From: an uncultured Gammaproteobacteria bacterium
GTDB lineage: Bacteria > Pseudomonadota > Gammaproteobacteria > UBA4575
Length of the DNA: 64,000 bases
Assembly: GCA_951812785.1 (NCBI GenBank)
Contig: OX638335.1
Coordinates: 1,745,963 to 1,809,962, forward strand
Direction of reading: 5' to 3'
A model generated the notes under the pieces. It had not been told where the DNA came from and ran no database searches. It saw only the letters and a list, made by a program, of their open reading frames with translations. The translations under genes and the position numbers were made by a program. Shown piece after piece: positions 42,149 through 52,048 of the stretch (within the stretch, counting starts at the first letter, position 1; each line of letters opens with the position of its first letter).

Positions 42149-43047
42149 TTAACTTCCTTATTGCCAAGAAATTTTACTTCTGGCACTAAATCTATATTGC
42201 ACTGTTGTTTTACTTTGTCTTGGACATGCTGCATTAATACTTCTATATCTTCTGCTGTCGCTTTATTTGCATTAATGATGAAATTTGCATGTTTGCTAGA
42301 TACACATGCACCACCAATAGCGAATCCCTTTAGCCCACAATGTTCTATCAAGCTAGCCGCATAACCGCACTCTGGATTCTTAAACACTGAACCACAATTT
42401 TTTTTACCTATAGGTTGTGATTCTGCGCGCTGAGCAAGTAATTCTTTTATCGACACCACTTTAATTCCATGTTCGTCTAAATTGAGATCAAAGCTTGCCC
42501 CAACGAACCATTCGCCCTCAAAACTTTTTACATGGCGATAACCGTATTCATATTCGCTAACTTCGCGCGTTGAAATTTCTCCGCGCCGATTTATCACATC
42601 CACATGTGTCACGTTTTGCCATGTTTGCCCACCAAATGCACCTGCGTTCATTGCTAGCGCACCGCCAACTGTTCCGGGAATGCCCGCCATGAATTCCAAA
42701 CCAACAAGACTCTTCGCTACCGTTGCTTTCGCCAGCTTTGCGCATGCCACACCTGCCTGGGCATAAACACTATGTCCATCAAAGCGAATTTGCTTAAGAC
42801 CTGTTTGAGTGACAATCACAACACCTTCGATGCCGCCATCACGAATCAATACATTTGAGCCCAACCCCAACCATGTGAGCGGCATATTAGCTTCGGTATT
42901 AGCAAGAAAATAGCTTAGATCTTCAATATCTGCCGGATGAAATACGCATTGCGCATTCCCACCAACACCCCAAGTGTTATAGCGCGACAGCGACACATCA
43001 AATAATAATTTACCGCGTGTTTTAGGTGTATTAAACATAGTCATCAC
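42145..43047 (-). CDS. murB: UDP-N-acetylenolpyruvoylglucosamine reductase
   Basis: GLGSNVLIRDGG, GIPGTVGG.L.MNAGA and HANFIIN motifs. Confidence 0.96.
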   Translation of the reverse strand: MMTMFNTPKTRGKLLFDVSLSRYNTWGVGGNAQCVFHPADIEDLSYFLANTEANMPLTWLGLGSNVLIRDGGIEGVVIVTQTGLKQIRFDGHSVYAQAGVACAKLAKATVAKSLVGLEFMAGIPGTVGGALAMNAGAFGGQTWQNVTHVDVINRRGEISTREVSEYEYGYRHVKSFEGEWFVGASFDLNLDEHGIKVVSIKELLAQRAESQPIGKKNCGSVFKNPECGYAASLIEHCGLKGFAIGGACVSSKHANFIINANKATAEDIEVLMQHVQDKVKQQCNIDLVPEVKFLGNKEVK

Positions 43048-44474
43048 GTTAACTTCACCTCCGCCTGCACTTGCTCATACAGAGATGATGCTAATTTACC
43101 AATACTGCCCGCACCCAAGGTAATCACAATGTCATTTGGCATCACGATTTTCGCCAAAGTAGAACTTAGTTGTTGATCACCCCCTAACAACACCGCATCT
43201 AATTTCCCTCGTAGACGTAATGCATGAGCAAGCGCACGACTATCAGCATTGTTAATCAATTTTTCACCTGCGGAATAGACATTAAGCAGCAGCAGTACAT
43301 CAACTTCATTTAACACAGCAACAAATTCATCAAATAAATCTCTTGTGCGCGTGTAACGATGTGGCTGAAAAACCGCAACAATACGTCTTTGCGGCCATCC
43401 ATTACGTATACCATCCACTGTGGCTGCAATTTCTTTAGGATGATGCGCATAATCATCTATAAACTCAGCCTCACCACCATCAAGCGAAACAGTGCCAATA
43501 TGCTGCATTCTTCGCCCAATCCCAGCAAAATGTTTTAGTGCTGAGGCAATTTTTTGCGCTGGCACTTCAAACTCAAGACCTACTGCAATACTCGCAAGCG
43601 CATTCAATACATTATGTTTTCCAGGTAGATTCAAAGTGAATGTCATTTGCTCTGAAATATTTTTACCATTAACCTTAAATGTCGTTGCCTCGCCATCATA
43701 AACAAGCTCACTAGCATGGAGATCTGCATCCTCACTAAACCCGTAAGTAATATAAGGACGCGCCACTTCTGAAATCAATCCTCGCACTACTTCATCATCA
43801 ATACACAATACTGCTAGACCATAGAATGGAATGTTATGCAGAAATTCTACGAATGCATTACGCAATTTTTCAAAGTCATTCTCATAAGTAGACAGATGAT
43901 CCGCATCAATATTAGTCACCACCGAAACCACCGGTTGCAAATGCAAAAACGATGCATCACTTTCATCTGCTTCAGCAACCAAATACTCACTGCGACCCAG
44001 CTGAGAGTTAGTGCCCACGCTATTTACTCGACCACCTACAATAAAAGTAGGATCCAATCCTGCTTCCGCCATCACTGTTGCAACCAAACTGGTTGTGGTT
44101 GTTTTGCCATGCGTTCCCGCAATTGCAATACCTTGACGAAACCTCATCAGCTCCGCCAACATCTCTGCGCGCCGAATAATCGGTATTCGATGCTCTAACG
44201 CAGAGACAACTTCTACATTTTCAGGATCAATAGCAGACGACACTACTATCACATCCATATGTTCAATATTTTGCGCTTGATGCGTCGCATATATAGCTGC
44301 TCCTAGACTCTCAAGCCTAGTAGTTGTAGCATTAGGATGGTTGTCTGAACCAAATACATTGAATTCAAGATTCAGCATGACTTCAGCAATACCGCTCATA
44401 CCCACACCACCAATTCCGACAAAAAATACATTTCGTACTTTTCTCATAGGAAGCGTTGGAATTACGTAATTCAT
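43044..44474 (-). CDS. murC: UDP-N-acetylmuramate--L-alanine ligase
   Basis: GIGGVGMSG, GTHGKTTT, EADESD and DDYAHHP motifs. Confidence 0.97.
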   Translation of the reverse strand: MNYVIPTLPMRKVRNVFFVGIGGVGMSGIAEVMLNLEFNVFGSDNHPNATTTRLESLGAAIYATHQAQNIEHMDVIVVSSAIDPENVEVVSALEHRIPIIRRAEMLAELMRFRQGIAIAGTHGKTTTTSLVATVMAEAGLDPTFIVGGRVNSVGTNSQLGRSEYLVAEADESDASFLHLQPVVSVVTNIDADHLSTYENDFEKLRNAFVEFLHNIPFYGLAVLCIDDEVVRGLISEVARPYITYGFSEDADLHASELVYDGEATTFKVNGKNISEQMTFTLNLPGKHNVLNALASIAVGLEFEVPAQKIASALKHFAGIGRRMQHIGTVSLDGGEAEFIDDYAHHPKEIAATVDGIRNGWPQRRIVAVFQPHRYTRTRDLFDEFVAVLNEVDVLLLLNVYSAGEKLINNADSRALAHALRLRGKLDAVLLGGDQQLSSTLAKIVMPNDIVITLGAGSIGKLASSLYEQVQAEVKLT

Positions 44475-45569
44475 CTATTTCTCACACACCATCTGGCAAC
44501 CGCAAGCACTCATGCATTCATCTGCAACTCTTTTACTAGCGTCACTTTGAACTAATTGTTTTGCTGCACAGGCCATATTTATTAGCTGTTGTGTGTTCCC
44601 AAGCAACGCGAATAATGTTTCAGCTAGTTTTTCTGCAGACATCTCAGCTTCAGACACAAGTTGTGCTGCGCCCGCTTTAACATAACTACACGCATTTGCT
44701 GTTTGATGATCGTCAACCGCATAGGGGTAAGGTACCAGCACAGCACCCAATCCAACTGCAGCCACCTCAGCCAAAGTAATTGCTCCACTTCGGCATACAA
44801 TGAGATCTGCCCAAGCGTACGCTTGATCAATGTCATCAATAAACTCATCAACTTTAGCTTGCAGATTATTTTCCTGGTAGCCCTCTAGCACTACTTCTCG
44901 TCTGTTAGCACCAGTTTGATGCCACACTTCAACTTGCATTAAAGATGAAATAATTCCCAACGCTTGTGGAATAAACTTATTCAATGACGCAGCGCCTTGA
45001 CTACCGCCGACAACAAGCAGCCGTTTGGTTACTCCTCGCCCAGTTAATCTTTGCTCAGGGTGTTCAACATGCATTAATTTACTGCGCACCGGATTACCGC
45101 AGTATTCTATTTTTCGCTTTTTGAATTGAATCGGAAACCCTGTAAACATAATGCGACTAAGTGGCGCTAGAATTCGATTAGTCAAACCAACAATGGCGTT
45201 TTGCTCGTGAATAATTAATGGCTTTCCAAGTGCTACTCCGATTAACGCGCATGGCCCTGCGACAAACCCACCCATACCTAACAATGCGCAAGGTTTATGC
45301 TTCAACACTATACCCAAACCTTCATAAAGCGCTTTCAAAATAATTAATGGCGCACGCAGATACTGCAAGCCCTTACCCCTCAATCCCTGCACACTCATTA
45401 TAGCCAGTGAAAACCCTGCTGCAGGCACCACTCTTGACTCAATACCTTTATTTGTACCCACCCAAATAACTGGTACGCCGCGATCACGCAGTTCATTTGC
45501 TACTGCTAGCGCAGGGAAAACATGCCCCCCTGTGCCTCCTGCCAATATCATCACTGGTTGCATATCCAC
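44475..45569 (-). CDS. murG: Undecaprenyl-PP-MurNAc-pentapeptide N-acetylglucosamine transferase
   Basis: GGTGGHVFP, HEQN, GGSQGA and HQTANA motifs. Confidence 0.97.
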   Translation of the reverse strand: MDMQPVMILAGGTGGHVFPALAVANELRDRGVPVIWVGTNKGIESRVVPAAGFSLAIMSVQGLRGKGLQYLRAPLIILKALYEGLGIVLKHKPCALLGMGGFVAGPCALIGVALGKPLIIHEQNAIVGLTNRILAPLSRIMFTGFPIQFKKRKIEYCGNPVRSKLMHVEHPEQRLTGRGVTKRLLVVGGSQGAASLNKFIPQALGIISSLMQVEVWHQTGANRREVVLEGYQENNLQAKVDEFIDDIDQAYAWADLIVCRSGAITLAEVAAVGLGAVLVPYPYAVDDHQTANACSYVKAGAAQLVSEAEMSAEKLAETLFALLGNTQQLINMACAAKQLVQSDASKRVADECMSACGCQMVCEK

Positions 45570-46763
45570 TTATCCCGCCTTCCGAGTATTAGTACGCCGC
45601 GGCCTATGTACGCGCCTTGCACCTTGCCGATTTACTTCCATATACACTCGCACTAGCAAACCAACTGCAATGCAACTCGCCAACAGGTTACTTCCTCCCA
45701 CGCTTATAAAAGGCATGCTCAACCCTTTGGTGGGCAACAACCCCATATTAACGCCAACGTGAATAGTTGCTTGCAAAGCAAACCAACTACCACAGCCGTA
45801 AGCAATATGTTGCGCAAACATCATATGTTGCTTTTGAGCACTAGTCGCTAATGAAAAGCAGCGCCAAATAAACATAAAGTAAGTACACAGCAATATCGCT
45901 ATACCAATTAGGCCCAGCTCTTCGGCCAACACGGCAAACACAAAATCGTTGTGTGCTTCTGTTAAATAAAATAATTTTTGAATACTGCCACCCAAGCCTT
46001 CTCCAAAAATTCCACCGTTGCCGATAGCAATTAATGCTTGGGTTAATTGAAAACCGTCTCCCAGTGGGTCTTCAAATGGTCGCCAGAATGTAGTGACCCG
46101 CGACCAACGCTCTTCATTGTTCCGAGCAAGGAAATACATCACTAACACAGAAAATGCGGTTGATAATATAAATGGCGCCAAGCGCACCCCGCCCAGATAA
46201 AGCATCATAAAGACCAAAGCAGTTAACACCACTGTGGAACCAAAGTCAGGCTCCATCATCATCAACACCGCAATAACGCTAACTAATGCCATTGGATTTA
46301 TAAATGCAGAAAATTTTTTTTGCACATTGGTGCCGTGCCTAACAATGTATCCAGAGAGATAAACAATCATGGCTACTTTTGTAAACTCAGATACTTGCAA
46401 TGAGATCGGGCCCAACGCAATCCAGCGGCTACTAGCATTAACAGTTGTACCCAAACCAGGAATTAATACCATCACCAATAACACTATCGTCACTATTAAT
46501 AAGAATGGTCCTAGCTGCTCCCAATAAGCCAGTCTAATTCGTGCAACTGTAAAAACACATAACACACCCAAAAGCAAAAACACCATCTGTTTTTTGACAT
46601 GAAAGAAAGCATCAGCATGACTTTTATACCCGATCTCTACTGTGGTTGACATCATCATCGTGATGCCAATTCCACACAGAATCATCAACGCAAACAACAT
46701 CTGCACATCGATAACGTTAGCAATAGATTCCTGCAAACTGATTTGTTTGGTGTCAGCAACCAT
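45570..46763 (-). CDS. ftsW: Peptidoglycan glycosyltransferase FtsW
   Basis: SEDS family motifs EPDFG, EAHNDF and PTKGL.MP.IS.GGS. Confidence 0.96.
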   Translation of the reverse strand: MVADTKQISLQESIANVIDVQMLFALMILCGIGITMMMSTTVEIGYKSHADAFFHVKKQMVFLLLGVLCVFTVARIRLAYWEQLGPFLLIVTIVLLVMVLIPGLGTTVNASSRWIALGPISLQVSEFTKVAMIVYLSGYIVRHGTNVQKKFSAFINPMALVSVIAVLMMMEPDFGSTVVLTALVFMMLYLGGVRLAPFILSTAFSVLVMYFLARNNEERWSRVTTFWRPFEDPLGDGFQLTQALIAIGNGGIFGEGLGGSIQKLFYLTEAHNDFVFAVLAEELGLIGIAILLCTYFMFIWRCFSLATSAQKQHMMFAQHIAYGCGSWFALQATIHVGVNMGLLPTKGLSMPFISVGGSNLLASCIAVGLLVRVYMEVNRQGARRVHRPRRTNTRKAG

Positions 46764-48120
46764 TATTACCCTTTAACACACATTGTTTTACAGATGATTG
46801 AAATGCTAATCCACGCTCTACGTAATTTGAAAACATATCAAAACTTGCACAAGCGGGAGAGAAGAGAACTGCTTCACCAGGCTTGACTCTTTGACACGCA
46901 TACTCAACAGACGATGCTAAAGAACCTTGTTCAGCAACTTCTACAATATCTTTTAATGCATCGATAAACATTTGTTTGTCGCGCCCAAAAGCAATCACCA
47001 AATTAACTCGATTACGCACTGCATCAATTAATGCATCTAAACAGCCACCTTTATACACACCTCCCAAAATCAACACTATTGGACAATCTAACCCAGTAAT
47101 TGCTGAAACAGTCGCACCAATATTTGTACCCTTACTATCATCGATCCATTGCACATTATTGTTTTCCAGCACTAATTCACAACGATGCGACAGTCCTTTA
47201 AATGTACGGATTGCTTCTATTGCTTTCGCTTGATCTTGTATAAAAGAATCAGTGAGCGCTAAAGCAGCCAAGGCATTTAACTCACCTGTCACACCTATTA
47301 ATGATAAGTCAGCAGTATTAATTAATCGCTGATTGCCGCGAACCAACCAACGACCCTCATCATCCTGCTTAACTCCATAATTGCTTTTTTGTGGCTCGTC
47401 TTGCCCAAAACTAAGTATTCCTTTTAAACTAGAAAAATATTCACCCAGATCTTCATCACGAGGAATAACTTTAAGCTCAGCATTAGCATAGATCGATTGT
47501 TTAATACTTGCGTACTCTTCAAAATTAGCATGCCGATCCAAATGGTCATCGCTCACATTAAGCACTACAGCGGCACGTGGACGAATAGAACAGCATATCT
47601 CCAACTGAAAACTCGACAACTCTAGTACATAAACATCGATAGACTTATCATCAATTGAATCCAAAACAGGCTCGCCGATATTGGCACATGCTTTAGCATT
47701 AAGACCCTGACTTTCTAGGATCACCGCAACCAATGTAGTGACAGTACTTTTCCCGTTTGAACCAGTAATTGCGATATATGGTTTAGTTACCTCACGTGCA
47801 AATAATTCAACATCACCTAATAGCTCAGCACCACGACTTACTTCTCGTTGAAACTCAGGTAAGTGTGGAGACACACCTGGACTCAACACGATTACATCAG
47901 CTTCTTGCAACCATTGCTGATTGAATTTGCCAAAGCAGATTTGTGTATCAGATAAGATGTTTTTTATTTTTGCAGCATTAGGAGGCAGTCCACGACTGTC
48001 CATTATTCGAAAATGTTTATCCCTCGCTGACAAATACTCAACCGTAGACAAGCCTGACGCTCCTGCGCCAATAATCAAGTAATTCGTCAGATCAGTTTTC
48101 ATTGAATGATTTACGCTCAC
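46753..48120 (-). CDS. murD: UDP-N-acetylmuramoyl-L-alanine--D-glutamate ligase
   Basis: TGSNGKST, ELSSFQL, DDSKGTN and SPACASFD motifs. Confidence 0.96.
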   Translation of the reverse strand: MSVNHSMKTDLTNYLIIGAGASGLSTVEYLSARDKHFRIMDSRGLPPNAAKIKNILSDTQICFGKFNQQWLQEADVIVLSPGVSPHLPEFQREVSRGAELLGDVELFAREVTKPYIAITGSNGKSTVTTLVAVILESQGLNAKACANIGEPVLDSIDDKSIDVYVLELSSFQLEICCSIRPRAAVVLNVSDDHLDRHANFEEYASIKQSIYANAELKVIPRDEDLGEYFSSLKGILSFGQDEPQKSNYGVKQDDEGRWLVRGNQRLINTADLSLIGVTGELNALAALALTDSFIQDQAKAIEAIRTFKGLSHRCELVLENNNVQWIDDSKGTNIGATVSAITGLDCPIVLILGGVYKGGCLDALIDAVRNRVNLVIAFGRDKQMFIDALKDIVEVAEQGSLASSVEYACQRVKPGEAVLFSPACASFDMFSNYVERGLAFQSSVKQCVLKGNNGC

Positions 48121-48126
48121 CTACGT

Positions 48127-49209
48127 CTACCTAAGCTTCAATGTGGCTAAACCAATTAGCACCAAAATCACTGTAATAATCCAAAAGCGCACAATCACTC
48201 TAGGCTCGGGCCAACCTCTTAATTCAAAATGGTGATGCAACGGCGCCATCTTAAACACTCTTTTCCCCGTTAATTTAAATGATGTCACTTGAATTATTAC
48301 TGACAGAGTTTCAACAACAAACACGCCACCCATAATCACCAGCACTATTTCTTGACGAACTAAAACTGCCACTACACCCAACGCCGCACCCAGAGACAAC
48401 GCACCAACATCCCCCATAAATACTTGAGCGGGATACGCGTTAAACCACAAAAAACCTAGCCCAGCACCAACTATCGATGCACAAAACACGACCAACTCGC
48501 CCGCTAAAGGAATGTAAGGAATAGCTAAATACTCAGCAAATGCAGAGTGCCCACTAACATAAGCAAATACTCCTAATGCGCCTGCTACCATCGCGGTAGG
48601 CATTATGGCTAAACCATCTAAGCCGTCAGTCAAGTTGACTGCGTTGCTTGAACCTACAATCACGAAGTAGGTCAACACGATAAACCAAGCACCCATATCA
48701 ATAACGATATTCTTAAAGAACGGCACATATAGATTGGTCTCAACAGGAACCACTGCTGTTTGGAAAAGCCACCAAGCAGCAATTAATCCAACTGCAGATT
48801 GCAATCCATACTTAAAACGCGCAGATATACCTGCACTACCACCTTGAATTAATTTTTTAATATCATCAAAAGCGCCAATAGCACCAAATGAGAAAGTAAC
48901 AAAGCACACCACCCAGATATAATGATTCTCTAAATTGCTCCACAACAATGTGCTAACCAAAATACTTAGCAATAAAAAAGCTCCACCCATAGTTGGCGTG
49001 CCAGCCTTCAACAAATGAGTCTGCGGCCCATCCGAACGAATATTTTGTTTCACACTATAGTTTGACAAGCGACGAATCATCGTCGGGCCTATAACAAAGC
49101 AAATGATCAACGCGGTTAATACACCTAGTATTGAACGTAAGGTCAAATACCCAAATACATTAAAAATGCTGTTATATTGTTCTAGATATTCAAATAAATA
49201 TAGAAGCAC
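48127..49209 (-). CDS. mraY: Phospho-N-acetylmuramoyl-pentapeptide transferase
   Basis: [24 protein letters not shown] and APLHHHFE motifs. Confidence 0.98.
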   Translation of the reverse strand: MLLYLFEYLEQYNSIFNVFGYLTLRSILGVLTALIICFVIGPTMIRRLSNYSVKQNIRSDGPQTHLLKAGTPTMGGAFLLLSILVSTLLWSNLENHYIWVVCFVTFSFGAIGAFDDIKKLIQGGSAGISARFKYGLQSAVGLIAAWWLFQTAVVPVETNLYVPFFKNIVIDMGAWFIVLTYFVIVGSSNAVNLTDGLDGLAIMPTAMVAGALGVFAYVSGHSAFAEYLAIPYIPLAGELVVFCASIVGAGLGFLWFNAYPAQVFMGDVGALSLGAALGVVAVLVRQEIVLVIMGGVFVVETLSVIIQVTSFKLTGKRVFKMAPLHHHFELRGWPEPRVIVRFWIITVILVLIGLATLKLR

Positions 49210-49221
49210 GCTAACCTCTTA

Positions 49222-50574
49222 TTAATGTATCGTTTCGTTTCCAATTAAGTAATTCACTACATCTTCCATATGCATGGCACGTGAACCTTTAACCAATATG
49301 CAACACCCCGAATTAACCTGATTACTAAGCACCTTACCTAACACCTCATGTTGATTAAAATGAAATCCATCCTCACCAAAACTCTTCACCGCATGCTTGG
49401 CAAGCACCCCCAAGCCAAATAGTTTCTTCACTCCAGCAGACTTTGCTTGCGCACCAATTTGCGCATGAATTGCTTCCGCCTCAATTCCTAACTCACCCAT
49501 ATCACCCAACACCAACCACGGTTCTTTTTGCTGCGAGCACAACACCTCTATCGCTGCCTGCAATGAAGCAGGGTTAGCATTATAGGTATCATCCATAACG
49601 GTAGAACCAGCAATGCCTGCTTTATACTGCAACCTACCTTTCACCTGATCAGCACTCTCAAGCCCTTGCTTGATATCTTGTAGACCTACACCTAGCTCAT
49701 AACTTGCGGCAATCACAGCAAGTGCATTACTTGCATTATGTTTTCCAGGTAGCGGCAAATTAATATCTAGCACTTCACCCCACGCACTAACAGATAGGGT
49801 ATTATTTTGTTTAATTTCTCCACGCACATTGGCGCTTACAGAGAACCCAAATGTGATGGTTTTTAGCCGCTTGGCTTTTTCTAACCACACCTCAATATGA
49901 TTATCATCGGCATTCAGCACGGCGACACCTGATGACTTAACACCATTAATGATTTCGCCTTTAGCTTGCGCTACACCAGCGACTGAGCCAAAGCCTTCTA
50001 AATGAGCTGGGCCTGCATTAGTAATAATTACAATATCTGGCTCAGCTAACCGACTAAGATGATCAATCTCCCCGAAATGATTAGCACCCATTTCGATCAC
50101 CGCAAATCTATTTTTTTCGCGCAAGGTTAGCAATGTCAGCGGCACACCTATATGGTTATTAAAATTGCCTTGGGTATAACAAGTACTACCAACGCGTGAC
50201 AGCACGTTACTTAACATTTGCTTTACCGTGGTCTTACCATTACTTCCAGTCACAGCAATAAGCTTGGGATCAACTTTATTTTTCCAAGCTTGTGCCCAAC
50301 GCGACAATCCTTTTAATGTGTCATCCACCAATACTTGGGGCAGCTTTGTGGCGACTGGCTTATGCACCAAAACGGCTTGCGCGGCTTGCTCAACACTTCC
50401 ATCAATAAATTCATGCCCATCAAAACGATCACCTTCAAGTGCAACAAATAAATCACCTTTATGTAAATTTCGCGTATCAGTCGAGATAGCAGTAATAGCA
50501 ACATCATCACCTTGCAATTCACCTTGAGCCATATTTGCAACTTCACTTAAATGCAACCAATTATCCATTAGCAA
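49222..50574 (-). CDS. murF: UDP-MurNAc-tripeptide--D-Ala-D-Ala ligase
   Basis: TGSNGKTTVK, NNHIGVPLT, DTYNANP and KGSR motifs. Confidence 0.96.
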   Translation of the reverse strand: MLMDNWLHLSEVANMAQGELQGDDVAITAISTDTRNLHKGDLFVALEGDRFDGHEFIDGSVEQAAQAVLVHKPVATKLPQVLVDDTLKGLSRWAQAWKNKVDPKLIAVTGSNGKTTVKQMLSNVLSRVGSTCYTQGNFNNHIGVPLTLLTLREKNRFAVIEMGANHFGEIDHLSRLAEPDIVIITNAGPAHLEGFGSVAGVAQAKGEIINGVKSSGVAVLNADDNHIEVWLEKAKRLKTITFGFSVSANVRGEIKQNNTLSVSAWGEVLDINLPLPGKHNASNALAVIAASYELGVGLQDIKQGLESADQVKGRLQYKAGIAGSTVMDDTYNANPASLQAAIEVLCSQQKEPWLVLGDMGELGIEAEAIHAQIGAQAKSAGVKKLFGLGVLAKHAVKSFGEDGFHFNQHEVLGKVLSNQVNSGCCILVKGSRAMHMEDVVNYLIGNETIH

Positions 50575-52048
50575 GCCTCGTTAACACTTGTGTCGCCACA
50601 TCGACATCATCAAATGCAATTTTCTGATTATTTACATCTTGATATTTCTCATGACCTTTACCAGCAATTAACACTGCATCATTCGCGCTAGCCATTTCTA
50701 ACGCATTAACTATCGCATCCCCTCTATCGACAATGACTTTGTAATTATCATTTCCAATACAACCAGAGATTATTTGATTAATAATCTCTTGCGGATCTTC
50801 ATTGCGCGGATTATCAGAAGTGATTACTGCAAAATCCGAATATCGCGAGGCCATCTCTCCCATCTGCGAACGTTTGCCCGCATCTCGATTGCCGCCACAA
50901 CCAAAAACACAGATCAGTTTTCCTGAGCAGTGCGCACGCACCGCATTTAACGCTGAAAACAAAGCTGCCGGGGTATGCGCATAGTCAACAATCACAACAA
51001 CGCCAGTTTGGGAGGGCACAGCTTGCATGCGCCCAGGCACAGCCTCTAAACTATTTAGCGCTTCATCGATTTCTTGATAGCTCTTATCAAGACTCACCAA
51101 AATTGCTGCCACTGCCAACACATTAAGCACGTTAAATTGACCTAGCAACGGTACTTTGACATCAATTAATTGCCGTTTGATAGACAATTGCATCATTGTC
51201 GCATCAGGCAAATATTTGACATCCCGTGCATAAACATCAGCATCAACATTCGCCATGGAAAATGTAATCACATTCAACAAAGAAAATAGCTGTTCACTCC
51301 ACTGACAACCTGTTGCATCATCAATATTAATTACTGCGTGCTTTGGCTGGCAGCCAAAAAATAAAGCTGCCTTAGCTTGAATATATTCATCTACTGATTT
51401 GTGATAATCCAAATGATCACGCGTTATATTTGTTAATACCGCAGTATATATAGGTAAATTTTGTAGCCGCTTTTGCTGAATCCCATGCGAGGAAGCTTCT
51501 ATTGCAACTGCTGCACACTTCAAACGATTAAACTTAAGATATTCTCTAGCAATTCGTGACACTGGTGGCGTGGTATGTGTAGCTACTGAAAGATTAGCCA
51601 GACGGCCATAACCCAAAGTTCCAACCAGTCCGCATGCTTCTTGCAATTTCTCTAGTGCTTGTGCAACCAAATGCGCAACAGATGATTTCCCATCTGTACC
51701 AGTAATAGCGATAGTCTTAATATCGTTATCGATTTCACCATAGAAACGCGTCACTATCTCATTTACATGATCAGTCAAATCATCACAACCAAACATAGGC
51801 ACTTCACAATCTATTTTCGCATTCTCTACTAACGTTGACGTTTTATAAAATATCGCTACTGCGCCACTAGCAATAGCATCCTGAACATAATCAATACCAG
51901 AGGTAGCAATAAATAAATCACCTCTCTCTACATCGCCACTGTACTCACTAACCCCTGTCACTCTCACATCTTTACAAGCATCAGCATTGACCAAACCATC
52001 AAACAATTCGCTTAACAGCATGCCAGTTTGTGTTTCGCGCACACTCAT
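50561..52048 (-). CDS. murE: UDP-MurNAc-L-Ala-D-Glu--meso-diaminopimelate ligase
   Basis: TGTDGKS, DYAHTP, DNPR (DAP specificity) and AGKGHE motifs. Confidence 0.96.
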   Translation of the reverse strand: MSVRETQTGMLLSELFDGLVNADACKDVRVTGVSEYSGDVERGDLFIATSGIDYVQDAIASGAVAIFYKTSTLVENAKIDCEVPMFGCDDLTDHVNEIVTRFYGEIDNDIKTIAITGTDGKSSVAHLVAQALEKLQEACGLVGTLGYGRLANLSVATHTTPPVSRIAREYLKFNRLKCAAVAIEASSHGIQQKRLQNLPIYTAVLTNITRDHLDYHKSVDEYIQAKAALFFGCQPKHAVINIDDATGCQWSEQLFSLLNVITFSMANVDADVYARDVKYLPDATMMQLSIKRQLIDVKVPLLGQFNVLNVLAVAAILVSLDKSYQEIDEALNSLEAVPGRMQAVPSQTGVVVIVDYAHTPAALFSALNAVRAHCSGKLICVFGCGGNRDAGKRSQMGEMASRYSDFAVITSDNPRNEDPQEIINQIISGCIGNDNYKVIVDRGDAIVNALEMASANDAVLIAGKGHEKYQDVNNQKIAFDDVDVATQVLTRLANG

